Source: Nitrosopumilus sp.
GTDB lineage: Archaea > Thermoproteota > Nitrososphaeria > Nitrososphaerales > Nitrosopumilaceae
Assembly: GCA_965207075.1 (NCBI GenBank)
Contig: CBDBLO010000002.1
Coordinates: 96,001-160,000, forward strand
Length of the DNA stretch: 64,000 bases
Direction: 5' to 3'
Of this stretch, positions 57,953 through 64,000 are shown piece after piece. Position 1 is the first letter of the stretch, and every line of letters starts with the position of its first letter. The position numbers and the translations under genes were made by a program. The notes beneath the pieces are model-generated. The model did not search any database. It saw only the letters and a program-made list of their open reading frames with translations, and was not told where the DNA came from.

Positions 57953-59379
57953 AATTCTGTTTCCTAATTGCACCAGTAGGCACCCGCCTGGCCGGGTGTT
58001 TTTTGCATGTTAGTCAGGTATTTTTCGCCTTGGGTGTTAAGTGTGCATGACACGATGTCCCACCGCACACAAATGATGGGACAAAGATGCCAGGCACAAG
58101 GCATACTTGCAGGGCATGGCTTTAAGCATGGCGCGGCGGCGCGGTCCGTCCGCAGAGGAGGGGACTGTCCGTGAGCAGGGCCGGGCGCGGCGCGGCTGCA
58201 AAGACTGACAACGAAAAGTACGTCAGGCGCGGCGCGGATCTGGTCATTGAATATGATCCGGAGTGGGAGGATGACGTAAGGCGCGCAAACGAGGGCAGGG
58301 TGGGCGCCCCGTACCAGTACGCGGACACGCTCATCATGCTGGCCGCCGGCATCAGGGTCGCGCAGGGGGTCCGGTACAGGCAGCTCCAGGGGATGGTCGG
58401 CAAGATGATAGGCAGGTCCAACGCGCCCGTGTTCAGCCAGCTGTGCAAGCGGATCAACGGGCTTGACACGGACATCCGCCGGGGCCCGGACGGGATGGTG
58501 ACGGTGTCGGACAGGAAGGGGCCGCGGGTGCTGGCGCTCGACGCGAGCGGGCTCAAGCAGCACAACAGGGGCGAATGGATGAGGGCCAAGTGGAAGGTGA
58601 GGCGGGGCTTTGTAAAGATGCACGTGCTGGTCGACACGGAGACCATGAAGGTACTCGCGCTGGAGGTCACCGACGACTCCGTGGGAGACCCGACCATGTT
58701 CGAGTCGCTGCTCGGACAGGTCGTGGACGCGGACGGCGCCAATGCGGAGGACGGCACGCGGCACGCGGAGCCGCCCGCCGCGCCCCGCTCCGACGGCGGC
58801 GGTCCGAGGTACGAAAACCTGCTCGCGTCCGGCGTCTCCCCGCTCGCGTCGTTCTTCCCGGGCGCCCCCCGGGACCGGACCGCGCCCGACCTCCTGCTCG
58901 GCGATGCCGCGTACGGCTCAAGAAAAAACATATCCGCGTGCGCGCGGGCCGGGGTGACACCGGGCATTGCGCACACCATCAACGTGACGGCGCGCGGCAA
59001 GGGATCCGGAGACGCGTGGGGCATGTCGGTAAGGGACCAGATGGGCGGAAGCCCCGACGCGACGCGCCTGGACCTGATGGGCAGGGAGCAGAAGAGGGAG
59101 AACCAGACGTACTGGAAGGCCCGCATAGGCTACGGCTTTCGCTGGCTCGTGGAGAGCGTGTTTTCGGCGTTCAAGCGCCTGTTCGGAGAGCACCTGTTGG
59201 CCCTCAAGTGGGAAAACATCGTGCAGGAGGTAAAACTCAAGGTGATCCAGTACAACAAGTGGAGGGACGAGTCGATAGTGCGGGAGGCGGGAGGCGGGAC
59301 GTCCTGATGGCATGACGCCCATGTCGCCGTCCGATAGGGACTCGGCAGGCATCCAGATGGCGAATTAGGAAACAAAGTT
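57953..59379 (+). mobile_element. complete IS5-family (IS903-group-like) insertion sequence, 1427 bp
   Basis: Imperfect 17-bp TIR AATTCTGTTTCCTAATT / AACTTTGTTTCCTAATT; 8-bp TSD TCGCGCCG at 57945-57952 and 59380-59387. Confidence 0.88.
58171..59307 (+). CDS. IS5-family DDE transposase
   Basis: N.GRVGAPYQY, YRQLQG, LDASGLK..NRGEW, KMHVLVD, GDAAY, WK..IGY..RWLVESVFSAFKRLFGE. Confidence 0.94.
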   Translation: MSRAGRGAAAKTDNEKYVRRGADLVIEYDPEWEDDVRRANEGRVGAPYQYADTLIMLAAGIRVAQGVRYRQLQGMVGKMIGRSNAPVFSQLCKRINGLDTDIRRGPDGMVTVSDRKGPRVLALDASGLKQHNRGEWMRAKWKVRRGFVKMHVLVDTETMKVLALEVTDDSVGDPTMFESLLGQVVDADGANAEDGTRHAEPPAAPRSDGGGPRYENLLASGVSPLASFFPGAPRDRTAPDLLLGDAAYGSRKNISACARAGVTPGIAHTINVTARGKGSGDAWGMSVRDQMGGSPDATRLDLMGREQKRENQTYWKARIGYGFRWLVESVFSAFKRLFGEHLLALKWENIVQEVKLKVIQYNKWRDESIVREAGGGTS

Positions 59380-59535
59380 TCGCGCCGTAGTTCCGGCCCT
59401 TCCTCCATCCAGTCGGGGTTGATTTGTCCTGATCGCTTTTGCGGCCTTCTTGTCCGGGAACGCCGAGCGGGGTTTGGCAGTCATCTACGTCAAGTCACCG
59501 GTCTAGGTTGTGATCAGTCTTCATACACTAATTGG

Positions 59536-60945
59536 TCAGCTTGCCTGCTTTGGGGGGTCTTGGCCCGAGCGCGTACTGCTATGCCCCGCCTGATGCTTTG
59601 CCGCCTTTATCGCGTCAAGCTCGTCCTCAAAGAAGAACCTAGAGCCCTCCACCGGCCTGAGGTCGTCAAGCCATATGGCGTCCTCGTCATATTTTGCAAA
59701 GAACGGGGTGTGCGCCCAGTCGGGGTTCCTTCCCTGCAGGAACCGGAGCACGAGCATCTTTTGGCCGCCTATCGTGGCGACGCCGGAAACCTGCACCTTG
59801 CCGGGCGTGGCCGACATGCTGGGGCCCCTGACCGTCCTTGCCAGCCCGCTGACTGACGAGTATGCCCTGCTGAATATCTCGTACGCCCTGACAAGCGGCA
59901 CGCCAAAGTAGTGCTGCGCGCCCGTGTCCCTGACCACGAACATGTAGTACGGAATGCATCCCATGCTGACCTGCTTGGTCCACATGCGCCCCCACATCTG
60001 CGCGTCGTCGTTTATGTGCGCAAGCAGAGGCGACTGCGTCCTTATCTGCGCGCCCGTGGCCCTGACCTTCTTGATGGCGGCCGCCACCGCGTCAGTCGAG
60101 AGCTCGTTGAGGTGGTTAAAGTGTGACATGAACGCAAGGTGCAGCCCGCTCTCGGTTATGCGGCGGAACACGTCGAGCATCTCCTCCGCGTCGGGATCCG
60201 TCAGGAACTTGTACGGCCAGTACGCGAGCGCCTTTGTGCCTATCCTGACGGTCTTGAGGTGCGGGAGCCTCGACTCTATTATGGCGTCCGCATACTTTGC
60301 AAATATGCGCGCCTTCATTATCATCGGGTCGCCGCCGGTAAACAAGATGTCGGTAATCTCGGGATGCTCCGACACGTACTGGACCAGCTGCTCGCCCTCC
60401 TTCATTGCAAACTTCATCTCGTCCATCCCGACGAACTGCGGCCACCTGAAGCAAAAGCTGCAGTACGCGTGGCAGGTCTGGCTCTGGCTTGGAAAGAAGA
60501 GGCAGGTCTCCTTGTACTTGTGCTGCATGCCGTACAGCTTTGTCCCGTCCCGGAGCGACGGGACGTTGAGCTCCATCTGTCCGGCCGGGTGCGGGTTGAG
60601 CTGCAGGCGTATCTCGTTTGCGACCCGCGCAATCTCTTCCTTGCCGGCTCCGCTGTTGAGCGTCGACTCCATCTTTGCATAGTGGTCCGGCTTTAGCATG
60701 CCCCTCTGCGGAAACGTCAGGACGAACATGGGGTCGTTTGGTATGTCGTCCCAGTCGATGAGCTGCTCCACCACGTAGTTGTTGGCCTTGAACGGCAGCA
60801 CGTTTCCGACCACCTCCATCTCAGACACCATCTGTTCCGGGACGGACTCGAGCTGCGGGAGGCTCCGAAAGTTGGCCAGCGTGTACGACTTGAGCGAGGG
60901 GGACGCGGATCCGTCGTCCCACACGGTCTGCTGAGCGGATGCCAT
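59536..60945 (-). CDS. KamA-family radical SAM protein (lysine/glutamate 2,3-aminomutase-like)
   Basis: HKYKETCLFFP, CHAYCSFCFR (CX3CX2C), LFTGGDP, RIGTK, HFNH, PYYMF. Probable ATG start at 60945. Confidence 0.9.
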   Translation of the reverse strand: MASAQQTVWDDGSASPSLKSYTLANFRSLPQLESVPEQMVSEMEVVGNVLPFKANNYVVEQLIDWDDIPNDPMFVLTFPQRGMLKPDHYAKMESTLNSGAGKEEIARVANEIRLQLNPHPAGQMELNVPSLRDGTKLYGMQHKYKETCLFFPSQSQTCHAYCSFCFRWPQFVGMDEMKFAMKEGEQLVQYVSEHPEITDILFTGGDPMIMKARIFAKYADAIIESRLPHLKTVRIGTKALAYWPYKFLTDPDAEEMLDVFRRITESGLHLAFMSHFNHLNELSTDAVAAAIKKVRATGAQIRTQSPLLAHINDDAQMWGRMWTKQVSMGCIPYYMFVVRDTGAQHYFGVPLVRAYEIFSRAYSSVSGLARTVRGPSMSATPGKVQVSGVATIGGQKMLVLRFLQGRNPDWAHTPFFAKYDEDAIWLDDLRPVEGSRFFFEDELDAIKAAKHQAGHSSTRSGQDPPKQAS

Positions 60946-61129
60946 TGTAGTTGGTACGCGCGTGCCATATGTTAAAGCTTTAGTTCGCGCGGCGCCCCCG
61001 ACGCTGGTCAGCCATACGGACGGGACGGACGCCGCCGCAGACAAACGATATTAACGCGGTTTGCAGGACTCTGTTGTTGACAGCGTGGATAGCAATGCAG
61101 CGGCAGGGCGGCAGGACCGGTGACGCGTA

Positions 61130-62881
61130 GTGGCGGGGGAGGAAGAGCTGTCGCAGCTCACTGCGGGCGAGCTGCAGGCCGTCCCGCAGCTGCTGGCGTC
61201 ATCAGAGGCCCTGCAGGTCGCGTTTGTCATACTGGCAGTAGGCATCATAAGCATCGTGATAGTATACAGAAAGTTCTCCTCCTGGGTGCGCTCGCAGAGG
61301 TTCTATTACGAGAGGCCGCACATCTCAAGGTTCCTGCGCAGCGTCATGCTCCCGTTCCTTGCCATCGCCCTGATCACCGCCGTCAACGTGTACGTGCAGG
61401 CCGGGATACTCACGGAGGAGGGAGGGGCCGCTGCAGAATCCGCAGCGGCCGGCGCCCTCACCGCAGGCGACGCGTTTGCAAAGATCCTCAACACGTTTAA
61501 CATACTCGTGATCGGGTACGCGGTCTCCCACCTGATTCCAATCATACTGACAAAGCACGAGCGCTACCTGCAGGAGAGGGGCGACTTTGAGCAGTGGTTT
61601 GAGATGCGCGGGTTCGCCGACGACGAGGACGGCCTCTTCCACAGGCTGTACAAGTGGATTCCCCCAAAGGACGCCCCGGAGGACATGGGCCAGGACGAGT
61701 ACGAGGCCATGCTGAAAACCGAGGAGGGCGTAAAAAGGCTGGAGCAGTTCCGGACTGCGCAGGGAAACCCGATAGGCGGGTACGAGAAGAGGGTCAAGAG
61801 CCCGTTTGAGGACTGGAAGAGGTCCGAGCGCGCAAAGTACTCCAAGTACTACGGCGGCTGCATAAGCGGCAACAACGAGACGGGGCTCAAGCTGAAGCCC
61901 GGGGCAAAGCCCGAGGAGATATACCCGATCGACACGTGGAGGGAGGAGAAGCGCCTCAACGGGTACGAGAAGGTGGTCCCCAGCGCGCGCCCCCCGGGAT
62001 ACGCAGAGAAGAAGAGGCAGGGGCTTCCAAAGTCCATAAAGCAGCTCCTTCCAATAGGGCTCTTTGCGGCCACCATACTGGGCGTGCTTGGGTGGTGGGG
62101 CGTCGACCTGTTTGTGGTGGCCACCGCGACCGGCGGATTCTCCATAGGCCTCGGGCTGGCGCTGCAGGAGACCATGAAGAACTACTTTGCATACCTGAGG
62201 ATCAGAAAGGACAAGATCTTCGTGGAGGGCGACAGGATACAGCTGGAGTCCGGGTACAACGGCTACGTGCACAAGATAACGCCGCTTGTCACGTATGTCA
62301 TCGACGCGCTGTACGAGTCGGTGGCCATAATCCCCACAAGCGACTTGGTCACCGCGCAGATCATAAACTACACAAAGGAGAACAAGCTGGTGCCCGCCGT
62401 CGTAAACGTGGGGGTGTCATACCTGAACAACCCAAAGCAGGTCGCGGCCATACTGGTAAAGGTCGGAAAGCGCGCCATGACTGAGATCGTAGACTCAAAA
62501 GGCAGGCACCTCGTAAGGCAGGCGCGCTGCCCGTACCTAAACGAGAACAGGCCGAGCTGCGGGTGTGACAGGGACCTGCACGTAGAGCTGACGCAGCCCG
62601 TGGTCAGGTTTGACAACTTTAACGACTCGTCGCTTGACTTTTCGATGTGGGTCTACGTCCGAAACTATGGCTCACAGTTCAAGACGAAGACCGACATGCG
62701 GATCATGATATATGAAGAGTTTAAAAAGTATGACATAAGGATCCCGTGGCCCATCAGGACCATATACCAGGGAGACGAAAAGCGGGAGGGCGCCGAGATC
62801 GGGTCTCTCGACAAGGAGAGGCAGGGCGTCATCGACGAGCACGGCATAGGTGACCTGCGGCGCGAAGGGGACGAAGAATAG
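61130..62881 (+). CDS. MscS-family mechanosensitive channel
   Basis: GLGLALQETMKNYFA, F..GDRI, G.V.KI, IPTS, VGVSY, FNDSSLDF, IRIPWP. Confidence 0.9.
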   Translation: MAGEEELSQLTAGELQAVPQLLASSEALQVAFVILAVGIISIVIVYRKFSSWVRSQRFYYERPHISRFLRSVMLPFLAIALITAVNVYVQAGILTEEGGAAAESAAAGALTAGDAFAKILNTFNILVIGYAVSHLIPIILTKHERYLQERGDFEQWFEMRGFADDEDGLFHRLYKWIPPKDAPEDMGQDEYEAMLKTEEGVKRLEQFRTAQGNPIGGYEKRVKSPFEDWKRSERAKYSKYYGGCISGNNETGLKLKPGAKPEEIYPIDTWREEKRLNGYEKVVPSARPPGYAEKKRQGLPKSIKQLLPIGLFAATILGVLGWWGVDLFVVATATGGFSIGLGLALQETMKNYFAYLRIRKDKIFVEGDRIQLESGYNGYVHKITPLVTYVIDALYESVAIIPTSDLVTAQIINYTKENKLVPAVVNVGVSYLNNPKQVAAILVKVGKRAMTEIVDSKGRHLVRQARCPYLNENRPSCGCDRDLHVELTQPVVRFDNFNDSSLDFSMWVYVRNYGSQFKTKTDMRIMIYEEFKKYDIRIPWPIRTIYQGDEKREGAEIGSLDKERQGVIDEHGIGDLRREGDEE

Positions 62882-63111
62882 GCGGCGGCGCCAACGGGTT
62901 GTACGCAAGACGGAAGAGACGGGGCGCCCGGCATTTTTGGCGCCGCAGTAACCCGCGCCTTCATCTGCGCCCGCCCGCGCGCAATCAATTCTCAAAAACG
63001 CCGTAAATTGTCCCGGCATGTGTTCATTATTCACGCCTGCACGAGTTTTTTCTTCAACTACGCAGAACGTCTACTGAATGGTTTTTTAACAAGTCACGGC
63101 CGACAAGGTTG

Positions 63112-64000
63112 ATGAAAGTAGCTATCGTGTATAACAAGAAGCGCATAGACGACCAAGACGTGATCAACGTCTTCGGCATGACCACAAAGGAGCACTACTC
63201 ATACAAGACGGTCGAGAAGGTCGCAAAGGCGCTCGAAAAGGGGGGGCACTCCGTGAAGATCATAGAGGGCGGAATGAACTTTATAGACGAGATGAAGGAC
63301 TTTATGCCGCGCGTCGTGGCGGGCGAGAGGCCGGGCATGGTATTCAACATGGCGTACGGCATACAGGGACGCAACCGATACACACACGTTCCTGCCATGC
63401 TCGAGATGCTCGGGATACCGTACGTGGGATCGGGGCCCGAGGCCCACGCGGTAGTGCAGGACAAGGTAATGACAAAACTGGTGCTGCAGAAGAACAACAT
63501 ACCCACGCCCGGATTCTGGGTCTTCACCAGCCCGGACGACGAGTTCGAGGACCTCGCGTTCCCGGTCATCGTAAAGCCGAAGATGGAGTCCACGTCCATG
63601 GGGATGGAGGTCGTCCGCGACAGGGACAGCCTGCGCAGGGCGGTAAGGGGCCAGATGGAGAAGTACTCGCAGGAGATACTGGTGGAGCAGTTCATACCCG
63701 GAAGGGAGTTCGCGGTAGGCCTACTGGGAAACGGCACGCACGTCGAGGTACTGCCGATAGTCGAGATGGATCTCGGGGGCGATCCGGACAGGATCCAGAC
63801 CATAACCGAAAAGAAGTCGGACCCGCTTGACAAGGTGTGCCCAGCCGAACTCACCGAGGAACAGGCGGCCCACATAAAGAAGATCTGCCTTGCGGCGTTC
63901 GGGAAGCTCGGGCTGAACGACTTTACAAGGGTGGATCTGCGCATGTCCCAGGACGGGAAGGTCTACATACTGGAGCTCAACTCGATGGCAAGCCTCGGGC
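63112..64000 (+). CDS. D-alanine--D-alanine ligase-like ATP-grasp protein, 3'-truncated by window edge
   Basis: Hand translation: MKVAIVYN, VFNMAYG, LEMLGIPYVGSG, DKVMTK, FPVIVKP..ESTSMG, LVEQFIPGREF.VG, RVDLR, ILELNS. Confidence 0.88.
   Translation, partial: MKVAIVYNKKRIDDQDVINVFGMTTKEHYSYKTVEKVAKALEKGGHSVKIIEGGMNFIDEMKDFMPRVVAGERPGMVFNMAYGIQGRNRYTHVPAMLEMLGIPYVGSGPEAHAVVQDKVMTKLVLQKNNIPTPGFWVFTSPDDEFEDLAFPVIVKPKMESTSMGMEVVRDRDSLRRAVRGQMEKYSQEILVEQFIPGREFAVGLLGNGTHVEVLPIVEMDLGGDPDRIQTITEKKSDPLDKVCPAELTEEQAAHIKKICLAAFGKLGLNDFTRVDLRMSQDGKVYILELNSMASLG

Noticed and set aside
63112-64000. True ddl for peptidoglycan synthesis
   Set aside because: The host is archaeal and no mur genes are visible; only the ATP-grasp family assignment is supportable.

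Overview
High-GC (roughly 60% by eye) archaeal chromosome segment. Its gene content points to an ammonia-oxidising archaeon of the Nitrosopumilaceae (Nitrososphaerota/Thaumarchaeota), plausibly a Cenarchaeum-like host-associated lineage (inference). Most of the window is core genes: archaeal CoA pathway (PPS, panB, coaBC), aCPSF1/FttA, psmB, egsA, slyD, nadM, bluB, tyrS, cobJ, lysC, PCNA-TFS-RpoL, glnA and aroC, plus two tRNAs (Arg-CCT with an 18-nt D-loop intron, Val-GAC). Accessory features of note: (1) a lower-GC tandem duplication (about 29.4-35.6 kb) encodes two MFS transporters, each ending in a histidine-kinase DHp/HisKA-like helical domain whose phospho-His appears replaced by Gln, directly beside a stand-alone receiver protein and a soluble PAS-PAS histidine kinase; (2) two different complete IS5-family elements are each inserted exactly 37 bp upstream of a leaderless host start codon, just outside the BRE-TATA box and in the same orientation; (3) an uncalled 41-aa Cys/His-rich metallothionein-like ORF; (4) an SF2 helicase with a PKD-like insertion; (5) a conserved membrane protein with a C-terminal extension resembling a decayed IS66 transposase; (6) a KamA-family radical SAM / MscS / Ddl-like ATP-grasp cluster at the right edge. 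All calls come from motif recognition by eye; no database searches were run.
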